A stretch of 64,000 nt of DNA. Source: Candidatus Dormiibacterota bacterium (lineage in GTDB: Bacteria > Chloroflexota > Dormibacteria > Aeolococcales > Aeolococcaceae). Under the pieces are notes generated by a model. It saw only the letters and a program-made list of their open reading frames with translations, was not told the DNA's origin and did not search any database. The position numbers and the translations under genes were made by a program. The stretch spans positions 24,565-88,564 of the forward strand of contig CAVQVY010000038.1 of the NCBI GenBank assembly GCA_963717185.1, given 5' to 3'. The stretch's first letter is position 1, and every line of letters starts with the position of its first letter. Positions 1 through 10,151 of the stretch are shown here, in pieces.

Positions 1-1572
1 CGACGTGCGCGAGGCCACCGTCGGCCCGCTGTTGGGCACAACGCTGGTGTCGGGTGGTCCCATCTCCACGGCGTCGTAATCGATGCCCAGCGTCTCGGCG
101 GCAATCTGGCAAAGAATCGTGTTCGTCCCCTGGCCGAACTCTGTGCTCGACACCAGCACTCGCGGCCTGCCTTCCGCCGTTGTATCCATCGCCACCAGCG
201 AATTCAGATACTTCTCGCCCGATCCTGTGAAGCCCGATCCATGCAGGAATGCCGCGAGCCCAATTCCCTTCTTCTTCATCCCCGGTCCGGCGTTTTCGCG
301 CGCAAACCTCTCCCGCTTCGCTTCGTAGTCTGATTCAGCCATCGCGCGCCTCATCAGATGTTCCAGATCAATATCCTCTTCGATCTTCTGTCCCGTCGTG
401 GTTGTCTGCCCGGGCACCAGAAAATTCCTTCGCCTCAACTCGTCGGGTGCCATCCCCAGCGCCTCGGCAATGTGATCCATATGCCGCTCGATTGCGAACA
501 GGCTCTGCGGGGCGCCAAAGCCGCGGAACGCTCCATGAGGCGGATAATTCGTTGCGAACGCCTGCGAGCGTACCCGGATGCTGGGCCAAGAGTAAGGGCC
601 ACCAGCATGAATGGTCGCTCGCGACAGCACCGTCGACGACAGCGTTGAGTATGCGCCTCCATCCAGAGCGATCTCAATCTCCGCACCGAGCAGCTTGCCG
701 TCCCGCGCTACCGCTGTGCGATGCCGGATCCGCGACGGGTGCCGCTTCGTCGTTGCTGCCATATCCTCGGCGCGATCGTAAACAAGCTTTACCGGCTTTC
801 CCGATTTCATCGCCAGCAGCGCCGCATGCGCGCCGATCATCGACGGATAATCTTCTTTGCCACCAAACGCGCCGCCCGTCTCAACCTGCACGATCCGGAC
901 TTTGTCCTCCGGTAATCCCGTCATCTTCACCAGCGACTTGTGCACATAGAACGGGCACTGGAGCGATCCCCACACCGTCAGCCCATCCTCCGCCGAATAA
1001 ATGGCAATCGCACCATTGTTCTCGATATACAGGTGTTCCTGCGCGCCGGTGGTGTATTCGCCTTCCACGATTCGATCCGCCTGCGCCCAGACCGCGTCCA
1101 CGTCGCCCTTCTCCATAAGGAAGGACTTGAACAGGTTGTCCTCGCCCCAAATCACCGGATCGCGCCGTTGGCTCTCCTCAATCGAATGCACCGCAAACCA
1201 TTCCTCATAGTGGATCCGAACCGCCGCCACCGCTTTGGGAAGCAAATACCGATCCGGATGAGCCAGTAAGAGGATCGGTTCTTCAGGATGGTTCACAACC
1301 TCGGCCGCCAGGCACGGCCAGTCGTGATTGATCATCGCGATTTCGTTGGTTCCGGGAATATCCGTAGCCGTAACAATTACAAATTCATCCCAGGGAATTC
1401 CATCGCCAAACTCAATCTCCAGAATCCGCCCGCGCGCGATGCTGCTCCGCACGGTCGCCCCGTGCAGCATCCCCGGCATCGTCAGGTCATCGACATACTT
1501 CGCGCGGCCGCACACCTTCGCAACACCTTCCTTGCGCAACGCCGCTTTGCCGACGACCTTTTCTTGCCCCAA
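1..1572 (-). CDS. Xanthine dehydrogenase/aldehyde oxidase-family molybdopterin-binding subunit (partial; 3' end beyond window start; TTG start)
   Basis: My own minus-strand translation is open from TTG at 1572-1570 to the window edge. It reads QEKVVGKAALRKEGVAKVCGRAKYVDDLTMPGMLHGATVRS...AQEHLYIENNGAIA...VQVETGGAFGGKEDYP...GAFRGFGAPQSLFAIERHMD...STEFGQGTNT. These are typical CoxL/XdhB-type motifs. It is missing from the ORF track because no stop lies in the window. An in-frame TGA sits just upstream of the TTG. Confidence 0.8.
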   Translation of the reverse strand, partial: MGQEKVVGKAALRKEGVAKVCGRAKYVDDLTMPGMLHGATVRSSIARGRILEIEFGDGIPWDEFVIVTATDIPGTNEIAMINHDWPCLAAEVVNHPEEPILLLAHPDRYLLPKAVAAVRIHYEEWFAVHSIEESQRRDPVIWGEDNLFKSFLMEKGDVDAVWAQADRIVEGEYTTGAQEHLYIENNGAIAIYSAEDGLTVWGSLQCPFYVHKSLVKMTGLPEDKVRIVQVETGGAFGGKEDYPSMIGAHAALLAMKSGKPVKLVYDRAEDMAATTKRHPSRIRHRTAVARDGKLLGAEIEIALDGGAYSTLSSTVLSRATIHAGGPYSWPSIRVRSQAFATNYPPHGAFRGFGAPQSLFAIERHMDHIAEALGMAPDELRRRNFLVPGQTTTTGQKIEEDIDLEHLMRRAMAESDYEAKRERFARENAGPGMKKKGIGLAAFLHGSGFTGSGEKYLNSLVAMDTTAEGRPRVLVSSTEFGQGTNTILCQIAAETLGIDYDAVEMGPPDTSVVPNSGPTVASRTS

Positions 1573-1727
1573 TCGCGCTCCCTGTTGGACTCAAACCGAG
1601 TCCGGGAAAATTTCCTTATGTTACTACGGACTCCTGACTCCCCAAACAAGTAACTGCATTCCGCCCGTCACACCTTTACAAATGGAAGCCGCTCTGCGAC
1701 TCTGGTGAGCGGATTGGGGGCCTTCAC

Positions 1728-4271
1728 TTGCGCAATCAAACGTTTCACAGCGCGGCTGTGTTGCTCTTTTCTCTTTGCTGTCTTCCTGCGGTCCCTCTTC
1801 AGGCACAGGCTCCAGTTCCTGACAGCCCAGCCATCGACCAGCGCGTGGATTCGATGATCTCCAAGCTCACACTCGAGCAAAAACTCGAACTCATCGGTGG
1901 CGTCGACAGCATGTTCATCCGCGCCGAATCTTCTGCTGGCTTCCCCATGCTCAAAATGAGCGACGGTCCGGAGGGCGTGCGCACCTGGGGTCCGGACACC
2001 GCTTACGCCGGCGGCATCGCGCTCGCCGCTGCCTGGGATCCGAAGCTCGCGAATGCTATGGGCGAGTCCATCGGCAAAGACGCGCGCGCGCGTGGCGTGA
2101 ATTTCATCCTCGGCCCCGGCGTCAACATCTATCGTGCTCCCATGTGCGGCCGCAACTTCGAATACTTCGGTGAAGACCCCTACCTCGCGGGCCAGACCGC
2201 CGCTGCCTACATCCGCGGCGTCCAGAACGAAGGAGTCATCGCCACCGTCAAGCATTTCGCCGCCAACAATCAGGAGTACGACCGCCACAACGTGAGCTCC
2301 GATCTGGACGAACGCACTCTGCGCGAGATCTACCTCCCCGCCTTTGAGGCCGCTGTCCAGCAGGGTCACGTCGGCGCCGTGATGAACAGCTACAACCTGC
2401 TGAACGGAACGCACGCTACCGAAAACAAGCACCTCAATCTCGACATCCTGAAGGGGGACTGGAAATTCGATGGCGTCCTCATGTCCGACTGGGATGCGAC
2501 CTACTCCTCCGTCGGCGGCGCAAACAACGGGCTTGACCTCGAAATGCCTTCCGGCAAATTCATGAACCCCCGGAACCTGTTGTCAGCGGTCAAGAGCGGC
2601 CAGGTTTCTGAAGCCACCATCGACGAAAAGCTCCGCCGCATCTTCCGCACTGCCATCCGCTTCGGCTTCCTCGATCGAGACCAGACCGATCACTCCCTTC
2701 CGCGTTTCAGCCAGGAAGGCCGCAATGTTGCGCTCCAGGAATCTCTGGAGAGCATCACGCTGCTCAAGAACGATGGCAATCTGCTCCCGCTCGATCCGGG
2801 CACTGTTCATACCCTCGCCGTGATCGGCCCGGATGCCTGGCCGGCGGTGCCGGGCGCGGGCGGCAGCTCCCACACCGACGCCTATGCGCCGGTTAGCATC
2901 ATGACCGGTCTCGCTGATACGCTGGCCGCCAAGGTCAAGGTCCTCTACGTTGCTGGTCTGCCCAAAGCCACGGAACTCATGCAGCAAACGGAGTTTTACG
3001 ACCCTTCCGGCAAGACGCCGGATAACCCCTGGACCGGATCGCAGGTTAAAGTCGAGACCTTCGACAATCCAAATCTAGCCGGCACGCCGACGGTTTCCTA
3101 CTTTCGGAGAATCGCGTCGTATCGATCCGAAGAGTGGACTCCGCCAGCGCCTCAGCACCGCAGCATGCGCGCCACGATGAAATACATGCCGCCCAAGACG
3201 GAGGATTACCTTTTCCTCGTCGGCGCCGGCGGCTCCGATGCGTACAAACTGATGGTCGACGGCAAGCCCGTCCTCGATCAGCCTACGCGCGAAGGTCAGG
3301 CGCCGCGCTATATTGAGATCCCCCTCACAGCCGGCCAGCCTGCCTCGATCGAACTCGACTACTGGCCCGACGCGACGAGCCTGCGCATCGGCCTCGGCAT
3401 TCGCGGTGTCGAAGAACTCGTCGATCCGGAAGCGAAGAAGATCGCCTCCCTGGCCGACGCAGCCGTTGTCGTTGTTGGATTCGATCCTTCAACGGAGAGC
3501 GAAGGCTTTGACCGCAGCTTTCAGCTTCCCTTCGGTCAGGACGAGCTCATTCAGACTGTCTCCCAGGCGAACCCGCACACGATTGTCAGCATCACAGCAG
3601 GCGGCAACGTCGACATGCATCGCTGGCTGTCCGGCGTGCCCGCGCTCCTGCACAATTGGTATCCCGGACAAGAGGGCGGCCGTGCGCTCGCGCAGATCCT
3701 CACTGGCCAGCATTCTCCGGAAGGCCATTTGCCGGTCAGCTTCGAGCGCTCGTGGGACGAGAATCCCGTGCACGATAGCTATTACGCCGCACCCGTACCG
3801 AAAGGCCAGACTCCGCATGTCGCCTATAAGGAAGGTGTCTTTGTTGGCTATCGTTACTACACCACGTACGACAAGCAGCCGCTCTTTCCCTTCGGCTTTG
3901 GCCTTTCCTACACAACGTTCGCATTCTCGAACCTGAAGGTTTCGCCCGCATCCGCTACGTCCGATGGCTCGATCACCATCTCCTTCGACGTCACCAACGC
4001 CGGGCAGCGCGAAGGCGCTACCGTTGCTCAGGTCTACGTCGGTGATCCCACAGCGAAAGTCAAGCGCCCGTCAAAAGAATTGAAGGGATTCGAGAAGGTT
4101 CGCCTCGGTCCGGGCGACACCCATCACGTCAGCATCGCGCTGGATCATCGCTCACTCGCGTACTGGAGCCTTGAAAAGAACGACTGGCAGGTCGATCCTG
4201 GTAAATTCATCGTTTTCGTCGGCGATTCATCCGCTAACACGCCCTTGACCCAGGATTTCCAGGTTCAGTGA
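1728..4271 (+). CDS. Glycoside hydrolase family 3 beta-glucosidase, probably secreted
   Basis: 847-aa ORF with GH3 motifs SDGPEGVR, GRNFEYFGEDPYL, KHFAANNQE and MSDWDA. It has a hydrophobic N-terminal signal-like segment (LLFSLCCLPAVPLQAQA). Confidence 0.88.
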   Translation: MRNQTFHSAAVLLFSLCCLPAVPLQAQAPVPDSPAIDQRVDSMISKLTLEQKLELIGGVDSMFIRAESSAGFPMLKMSDGPEGVRTWGPDTAYAGGIALAAAWDPKLANAMGESIGKDARARGVNFILGPGVNIYRAPMCGRNFEYFGEDPYLAGQTAAAYIRGVQNEGVIATVKHFAANNQEYDRHNVSSDLDERTLREIYLPAFEAAVQQGHVGAVMNSYNLLNGTHATENKHLNLDILKGDWKFDGVLMSDWDATYSSVGGANNGLDLEMPSGKFMNPRNLLSAVKSGQVSEATIDEKLRRIFRTAIRFGFLDRDQTDHSLPRFSQEGRNVALQESLESITLLKNDGNLLPLDPGTVHTLAVIGPDAWPAVPGAGGSSHTDAYAPVSIMTGLADTLAAKVKVLYVAGLPKATELMQQTEFYDPSGKTPDNPWTGSQVKVETFDNPNLAGTPTVSYFRRIASYRSEEWTPPAPQHRSMRATMKYMPPKTEDYLFLVGAGGSDAYKLMVDGKPVLDQPTREGQAPRYIEIPLTAGQPASIELDYWPDATSLRIGLGIRGVEELVDPEAKKIASLADAAVVVVGFDPSTESEGFDRSFQLPFGQDELIQTVSQANPHTIVSITAGGNVDMHRWLSGVPALLHNWYPGQEGGRALAQILTGQHSPEGHLPVSFERSWDENPVHDSYYAAPVPKGQTPHVAYKEGVFVGYRYYTTYDKQPLFPFGFGLSYTTFAFSNLKVSPASATSDGSITISFDVTNAGQREGATVAQVYVGDPTAKVKRPSKELKGFEKVRLGPGDTHHVSIALDHRSLAYWSLEKNDWQVDPGKFIVFVGDSSANTPLTQDFQVQ

Positions 4272-4356
4272 ACAGACCAGGAAGAGGGTCGCGAACGGCG
4301 GCCCCTTGTTCCTGGCAAACCTCGTCTTGTGCCTGAGCCACAGTCGTACTCCCAGC

Positions 4357-5253
4357 TCAGAGATTGTTAAACAAGCTTTGCTTGCCCAGGGTCGCGATCA
4401 CCTGGATTAGCGCCGTCTGCTGCGTTTCCGAAGTACTCAGTTGCGTCGCCACTTGTGCGACATCGGCCTGCAACAGCGTCGTCTGCGAAGCCGTTAGCTG
4501 GGTTGTTTCGCTTTGGTTATAGTTCTCCGCCGCCTGCAACCGGGAGAGTGAGTTGTCGATGAGCACGCGTTGCTGACTCACATGGCTCAACGCGGTACTC
4601 AGCGCCTGTGAATCTGTCTGGGCTGCTGTCGACGCCGATCCCGATGAGAAATCTGCAATCAAGGCATTCAATGTTCCCAGAACATCGGCTCCTGCCGCGG
4701 AGAATACCTGACCGCCGGGGAGATTCAGCTGGATCTTCTGCCCATTTGGCGTCTCCAAATATTGGATACCCGTATCTCCCTGATATGTCGCCACCGCCGG
4801 ACTCGCCGTCGAATTCAGCGTGTAGGGAGCTGTACTCCCCAAACTTCCAGAGAAGACGTGTTGGCCCAGATACATCGTGTTGGCCAAAGCCATCACCTCA
4901 TCCCGTATGCCGGACAACTGATTACTGATCGACTGCAAATCGTTCGCGTTAAGCGTGCCGTTATTACCCTGGGTTGCCAACGAAACTGCCGATGTCAGCT
5001 GATTCACCACCGTGCTCAGTGCCGAATCGGTGACCTGCAGCATACTTTGCGTCGAAGATGCAGTCTGCGAGAACGTGTCATCCCGCCCGATCTGTGCGCT
5101 CAGGACAACGTTTTGGCCGACCGCGATCGGATCGTCGCTCAAGGCGTTCACGCGCGAACCGCTGCTGAGTTCCTGGGTCAGGCGTGCCTGCGTGGCCGAC
5201 GTCGAGTCGAGCGATCCCACCAAATTGTTGAGGTACAGCGGATTGACCCTCAT
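4357..5253 (-). CDS. flgL: Flagellar hook-associated protein 3 (hook-filament junction protein)
   Basis: Flagellin-like N-terminus MRVNPLYLNNLVGSLDSTSATQARLTQELSSGSRVNALSDDP. A GAAGGAGA RBS precedes the ATG at 5253, so the track ORF start at 5328 looks over-extended. The gene lies directly downstream of flgK. Confidence 0.8.
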   Translation of the reverse strand: MRVNPLYLNNLVGSLDSTSATQARLTQELSSGSRVNALSDDPIAVGQNVVLSAQIGRDDTFSQTASSTQSMLQVTDSALSTVVNQLTSAVSLATQGNNGTLNANDLQSISNQLSGIRDEVMALANTMYLGQHVFSGSLGSTAPYTLNSTASPAVATYQGDTGIQYLETPNGQKIQLNLPGGQVFSAAGADVLGTLNALIADFSSGSASTAAQTDSQALSTALSHVSQQRVLIDNSLSRLQAAENYNQSETTQLTASQTTLLQADVAQVATQLSTSETQQTALIQVIATLGKQSLFNNL

Positions 5254-5302
5254 CCTGCGTCTCCTTCTCGTGCTTCGCCGGCTTGCGCCTGCCTCCGCTT
5301 CC

Positions 5303-6727
5303 TCATGAGTAGCTCGACTGAACTCCAAGATTCAGGGAGGCGACCATCACCTGGTCGAGAATCGTGAATAACTTCGATGCTGCCTGGTACGCCTGTTCCA
5401 GCGTCTCCAGAGCTGCTGCCTCATCGTTGAGGTTGACCCCGGATATCGCTCCCATCTGATCCTGTAACTGCGTCAGCGCAGCTTGCTGGGCGGTGTTCTC
5501 CGTAGAAACCTGGGAGGTAAGACTCCCGAGAGTCGTCACCATATCGGAGAACCACGCCGTCGGCGAGATGCCGTTCACGATGCCTGCGTTCTGCTGGCTC
5601 GCCATGGTCACCGCATTGCTGTTGTCCAGCGGCCCTGCTCCCAGTGCCGCCGCCGCGATTTGTTTGGGATCCGTCATGATCACGGCAATCTGCACCGCCG
5701 ATCCCGCCGGATTCAGGGCCGTCGCTCCGGCGGGCAGGCTGAAAATCGCCCCTCCGGGATTGCCGCTCAGGTCCGAACCCTGCCCGTTCAGCGTATTCAT
5801 CTGCGTGGCCACCGAGTAGGCCAGCGTGTCCAGTGCACTGTTCACCTGTGGAATGTCCTGGTCACGCGCAGTGAGCATTCCGCCCAACTGCCCCCCTCCG
5901 CCGGTCAAATCCGCAGTGATGTCGGCACCCTGGCTGTCGAAATAGTGCGTCACTCCGCCCTTTTGGCCGGTTGTGATCGTGGCGGCGGTTCCCTGCGACA
6001 CCAGCAACGATCCATCCATCGTCGTCACGGTCAATCCGTTGTTCTCGGTGGGCACAGTGCGGATGCCGATCAGCTGCGACAGGTTCGTCAGATCCTGCTG
6101 GCGCTGATCTTCCAGCGTCCCGGCATCCTGATTCGGACCGATGGATTCGATCTGCAGATTGATCTGCGCGATGTTCTGCAGAATAGTGTTCGCCTGCTGG
6201 ATCACCGTGTTGCTCTCTGCGTTCAGGCCCTGCTGCTGCGTTTGCAACTGCGCAGCCGCTCCGTTGAAATCCTGCGCCAGGTTGGACGCCGCACTCAAAA
6301 CGTTCTGTCGTGAAGCCACATCCGAGGGATTCCCTTCCAGTGCTGCCAGCGAATTGAAGAGACCGGAGAGATCGCTGCCGATTCCGGAAGAAGAACTCGC
6401 GGTGGTTCCTGTCGCTCCGGCGAACAGAGCCTGAATCTGATTGAGCGCGCTCAGCCTCGCCGTCGAACCCGTTTGCACCTGCGTCTGCTGCTGCACTGCC
6501 TGCTCCAGCACCCGGTCCCGCTGCGATTGCGGCCCCGTCATCTGCACACCCATCCCGAATCTCGATCCGCCCAGCGATGTCGAGTCGCTCTCCACCCAAA
6601 CAGGCCTCTCCTGCGTGTATCCGGGGGTGTTCACATTGGCCGTGTTGTTCGCGATGATGTTGAGCGCCGCCTGGTCGGCCTCCAGCGCACCCGTCGCGAT
6701 GTGGAATGCTGTGCTAATCGTTGCCAT
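5303..6727 (-). CDS. flgK: Flagellar hook-associated protein 1
   Basis: 474-aa ORF. The N-terminus MATISTAFHIATGALEADQAALNIIANNTANVNTPGYTQE is the conserved FlgK/flagellar basal-body rod N-terminal motif. The C-terminal helical region matches the FlgK type. Confidence 0.85.
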   Translation of the reverse strand: MATISTAFHIATGALEADQAALNIIANNTANVNTPGYTQERPVWVESDSTSLGGSRFGMGVQMTGPQSQRDRVLEQAVQQQTQVQTGSTARLSALNQIQALFAGATGTTASSSSGIGSDLSGLFNSLAALEGNPSDVASRQNVLSAASNLAQDFNGAAAQLQTQQQGLNAESNTVIQQANTILQNIAQINLQIESIGPNQDAGTLEDQRQQDLTNLSQLIGIRTVPTENNGLTVTTMDGSLLVSQGTAATITTGQKGGVTHYFDSQGADITADLTGGGGQLGGMLTARDQDIPQVNSALDTLAYSVATQMNTLNGQGSDLSGNPGGAIFSLPAGATALNPAGSAVQIAVIMTDPKQIAAAALGAGPLDNSNAVTMASQQNAGIVNGISPTAWFSDMVTTLGSLTSQVSTENTAQQAALTQLQDQMGAISGVNLNDEAAALETLEQAYQAASKLFTILDQVMVASLNLGVQSSYS

Positions 6728-6814
6728 CGATGCCTTCTGACTCTCTCCGTTTTCGCTTCCGGACGATGCTCCCGTTTAGGGTGCGCCCCATCCGTTCCCG
6801 ACCGAGTTCGCCAA

Positions 6815-7120
6815 CTAGCTCCTGCTCTCGCCTTCGGCCGCTTTCCGCAGGACGTCCTCCGCTGCCCTGCCTCCGATTCGTCCTGGAGGCATGCCGTATT
6901 CGGCGATGCCTCGCAGCAACCGCAGATTGCGATGGGTCAACTCGAGAACCCTTCCCAGGGCCCGCAGCTTCTCCCTTGCGATCGGCTGTTCCACCCGTGC
7001 CCCCGCAGCTCCAAGTCCACGAGTTGCCTCGGCAAGCGCCTCGAGTTCACCCACGTTCGCGTGCGCCAACGCCTCGATTCCAGCTTCCAGCAGTTCTGCC
7101 GCTGATGCTCCCGCTGCCAT
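6815..7120 (-). CDS. Small helical protein in the flgN position (putative FlgK/FlgL export chaperone)
   Basis: 101-aa Ala/Leu/Glu-rich ORF between flgM and flgK. The call is positional only; I recognised no diagnostic motif. Confidence 0.35.
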   Translation of the reverse strand: MAAGASAAELLEAGIEALAHANVGELEALAEATRGLGAAGARVEQPIAREKLRALGRVLELTHRNLRLLRGIAEYGMPPGRIGGRAAEDVLRKAAEGESRS

Positions 7121-7254
7121 GCTCCCCTCAGATTTCGCACTGCTTCGTCAATGCGGCTGAATTTGCCGCCGGGTCGAGTTCTGTTTCCTCGCGCAGCGAC
7201 GCGCCGGCATTGGGCGGCTGGACGCCACCCTCCGTCGACTTCCCGTTTCGCGCA

Positions 7255-7539
7255 TCACTTTCCTAACATGTGATCCATCATCTTTCCCGCCACTTCGGTC
7301 GCGGGAACGCTGTAGGTGCCTGCGCCCAGGGCCTGCTGGATCGCCGCCACCTTCTCCATCCGCACATCCGAGTCCGGCGCCAATGCCGCAGCCACGCTCG
7401 CCGCTGAACTCAGCGTCGCCTGATCCGTCCCGGCCCTGGCCGCCGCTTCTGTCGACCCTCCCGCTTTGCCTGCCGGATGGGTCGCTTCCTGACTCGAAAA
7501 CAGCTGCTGCAATCCCTGAAGGCTGTTGTTCACGTTCAT
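7255..7539 (-). CDS. flgM: Anti-sigma-28 factor FlgM
   Basis: 94 aa counted from the internal ATG at 7539, which has an AAGGAGA RBS. The C-terminus VRMEKVAAIQQALGAGTYSVPATEVAGKMMDHML matches the FlgM C-terminal motif. Its ATG overlaps the stop of the upstream gene (ATGA). Confidence 0.7.
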   Translation of the reverse strand: MNVNNSLQGLQQLFSSQEATHPAGKAGGSTEAAARAGTDQATLSSAASVAAALAPDSDVRMEKVAAIQQALGAGTYSVPATEVAGKMMDHMLGK

Positions 7540-7823
7540 CGCCTGGTCTCCTTCACTGCGTTTATCGGCAGTTGCCCCAATACCTTGAGTCCTGACTCTC
7601 CGCTTTCGCCGCCGACCGTACCCATTTTGGGCTCCGTCTTTCCCGTTTCGAAATGTTGGATGATCTTCGTCGCAATCCCGAAGCCGCCTCTTTCCGAGAT
7701 CGCGCGCGCCAGGGCCTCCGACCCAAAACTCATCAGCGCGTTGCTGCTGCCCGTTCCGGTCACCCCGTCGCCGTCTTCGCCGAACAGCGGATCTTTCTCG
7801 AGGGGTTGCAGGAACTCCTTCAT
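7536..7823 (-). CDS. Flagellar rod-binding protein (FlgJ N-terminal-domain-like)
   Basis: 95-aa ORF. The segment EALARAISERGGFGIATKIIQHF resembles the Rod-binding family. It is translationally coupled to flgM. Confidence 0.55.
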   Translation of the reverse strand: MKEFLQPLEKDPLFGEDGDGVTGTGSSNALMSFGSEALARAISERGGFGIATKIIQHFETGKTEPKMGTVGGESGESGLKVLGQLPINAVKETRR

Positions 7824-7974
7824 CCATGAACAGACACCGACTGGCGCCCCCTCCTCGCAATGGGATGCGGCCGCTCTCCAAACGGACTCGGAAAATGTGA
7901 AGGGTTTTATCGCCGTTGGTCTGTTGCCTCCGCTCTTGTCGAGACCGCTTTTTCAGTCACTCAGAGGTTCATGG

Positions 7975-8205
7975 ATACGAGTGTCGCAGGTCCATACTCC
8001 AATGCCGAGCCAGGCAACGATCCCGCGGGGAATCACCGCAAGAGCTTTGATGCAGACACTGGAAGTCCGTCTGAAACGATGGCAGACCGACTACATCGAC
8101 CTCTACTGGGTGCACATCTGGGATGGAATCACACCAGTGGAAGAAGTCATGCGCGGCCTGGACGATATCGTTCGCCCAGGCAAGGTTCTCTACGTCGGCG
8201 CCCTG
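7975..8205 (+). pseudogene. Aldo/keto reductase internal fragment (about 75 aa, frameshifted)
   Basis: LEVRLKRWQTDYIDLYWVHIWDGITPVEEVMRGLDDIVRPGKVLYVGA is a classic AKR segment. The preceding GNHRK piece lies in another frame, with the shift near 8045. Homology stops abruptly at about 8205. Confidence 0.5.
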
Positions 8206-8386
8206 GTATTTAGTCGTCTGACTGCCTACCTTCTAAACAGAAGGGTCGAATACCGCTAGCGCCGCGCCGAAGCCTGCTCTGTCGAACGATGCCGGCGTTC
8301 CTCACCCCGCACGCGTTTCACTTCCTTGCAAGAAAGCCTGCAACTAAATGTGTTTGTTAACATCACATATCAGCGGGAGGCAGCTC

Positions 8387-8584
8387 GTGTCAGCGAAGAG
8401 CGTCCAATTTGCCGTCGCTGCGCACATCATGGCGGCTCTCGGGTTCAAATACGGTGAGGAAATTTCGTCCGCGACTCTGGCCGACAGTGTGAACACACAC
8501 CCCACCTTCGTCCGAAAGTCACGGCCTGGGAGTTTCGTCACGGGTATCGAACGATTCGTTGACAGCGGGGGAGCCCAAGTTTGA
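8387..8584 (+). pseudogene. Rrf2-family transcriptional regulator, N-terminal wHTH part only
   Basis: A GGGAGG RBS precedes a GTG start. VSAKSVQFAVAAHIMAALGFKYGEEISSATLADSVNTHPTFVRKS is Rrf2-like. The ORF ends after about 65 aa, whereas family members are about 140 aa. Confidence 0.45.
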
Positions 8585-8676
8585 AAAGTGTTTTTCATTG
8601 GCTGGACGCCGCCGTTGGAGGGTCGAAGGTTCTGGTGGGAGTCTAGAAAGTGCGGTGGCGCAGAGGAGGAATCTCG

Positions 8677-9204
8677 ATGATCGACAACTGTGGCCTTATC
8701 TCAACCGGCTGCCTCGACGGCGACCGGTATACCGGTTTAGAACGTCTGGAACGTGCCTTGAATCAGGCCGTCATCCAGGCAGAAATTAGCGAGAGCTACG
8801 AGGAATATCTTGAGATCTTCGACGCGTTTTATGCTGACGACATTGCGGTGACGAGCGACACCGTGCAGGACCCGATTCGAGGAAAGACAGGAGTCCGCGC
8901 ACTTCTGGCCAACTTTCTTATGCCGCTTCATATGATGGCCGAAGTTGGTGGTTTGCTCGTATCCATCCGACAAACTGCTGTTCCTGGAGATGTCGCTGCA
9001 GAGACCCATTCCGCTTGGACCCTTGAATTGATCGGAGTATCAGGTAACACCTGCACTCTTAGCTGGCGCGTGCTTCGGCAATGGCAAGGTTCCCAGGTCG
9101 CCCATGAGCATCACTATGACTACCAGCAGAGCGGCGGTCCACTTACATCCAACGACTTGCATCTCGATGCGGTGGGTCCTCCTGCAAAGCGGCGACCCTC
9201 ATAG
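8677..9204 (+). CDS. Hypothetical protein, possibly NTF2/SnoaL-like fold
   Basis: An AGGAGGA RBS lies 6 nt before the ATG at 8677. The ORF is 175 aa. The fold guess rests only on its size and alternating hydrophobic pattern. Confidence 0.35.
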   Translation: MIDNCGLISTGCLDGDRYTGLERLERALNQAVIQAEISESYEEYLEIFDAFYADDIAVTSDTVQDPIRGKTGVRALLANFLMPLHMMAEVGGLLVSIRQTAVPGDVAAETHSAWTLELIGVSGNTCTLSWRVLRQWQGSQVAHEHHYDYQQSGGPLTSNDLHLDAVGPPAKRRPS

Positions 9205-9255
9205 GACATAATTCGGTGGCGCTGCGACGTGCAGAGCAAGCGTGCCTGAGGAAAG

Positions 9256-9645
9256 GTGGACACAGTGATTTCAGAGGCTTCGTTCATTGATGTGGCGCTT
9301 CGAAGTTGGAAGGCCAACCTCGACCGCGCGGGTACTTTCTTTGGTGCTCTGTCGGAGGAGGAGCTTCAAAGAAAGGTTGCGCCTGGAAAAAACCGACTGA
9401 TCTACCTCTGGGGCCACCTTGCGGCGGCCAGCGATCGCATGGTGGCGGTTCTGGGATTCGCTGAGAGGCTTCATCCGGAGCTCGCTGCGATGTTTGTTTC
9501 AAATCCAGACAAGACAGTACATGGCAGCCTTGACGGAACAGCCACCACAACCGGGACGGGAAGCATGGATAGCTTGCCATCCTTCCAACCATCCGATTGT
9601 TTAGTGCTGCCTTTTCGGTTGGAACTGATCCGACTTGCAGCGTAG
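9256..9645 (+). CDS. DinB-superfamily-like protein (only the N-terminal half looks homologous)
   Basis: KANLDRAGTFFGALSEEELQRKVAPGKNRLIYLWGHLAAASDRM resembles DinB_2 helices. The C-terminal part is low-complexity, so the gene may be truncated or frameshifted. Confidence 0.35.
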   Translation: MDTVISEASFIDVALRSWKANLDRAGTFFGALSEEELQRKVAPGKNRLIYLWGHLAAASDRMVAVLGFAERLHPELAAMFVSNPDKTVHGSLDGTATTTGTGSMDSLPSFQPSDCLVLPFRLELIRLAA

Positions 9646-9862
9646 ACGACGTGCGAGGTGAAAGGTTATAGGATCGCGTTTGCTTCCGTGTCGCCCACCC
9701 GGAAGGAGGCCGGCCCAGTCAATCCAAGCGCGTTCGGGACCAATCCGGAGCCAAGCGATCTGCGGAGGTTTCCCCAGAAAGAATTCGGATCGAACGCAAA
9801 ATCGGATATCGCGACCCGTGACCAACGTGCTTCCCATCTGGGCTGTACGTCCACTGGCCCGG

Positions 9863-10151
9863 TTATTGGATCAAAGCGCTTACTGTGCGTTGAATTGTTT
9901 GGGGAGGCTGTACGAACGCCCGGACGAACGAACGCCGCATCCGCTCGCGATTTCCAAAACCGCTCTTCCTGGCAATTTCCTCGGCGGAGAAGCGGCCAGC
10001 CTCCATCATCAGCCGGGCAGATTCCACGCGCCCGTTCCGCAGCGCATTGGCTCATGGCTCTGCCTAAATCCTTTACTTGCAGGTATTTCGGTATCCCTCC
10101 CAACATGGAGTCTGTCGAAGCGTCAGCGCCAGCATGTTGGACAAGTGACAT
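9863..10151 (-). pseudogene. AraC/GlxA-type regulator, C-terminal HTH remnant with frameshift and stop
   Basis: My minus-strand translation gives RVESARLMMEAGRFSAEEIARKSGFGNRERMRRSFVRAFVQPPQTIQR followed by a stop at 9863. An in-frame TGA lies immediately upstream. The first HTH (IPKYLQVKDLGRAMS) is in another frame. Confidence 0.5.

Noticed and set aside
83-1653. Plus-strand track ORFs (for example 249..1118, 940..1269, 1288..1653) overlapping the first 1.6 kb
   Set aside because: Their translations are Pro/Arg/Ser-rich nonsense. The minus strand carries a continuous, motif-rich xanthine-dehydrogenase-family frame, so these are shadow ORFs.
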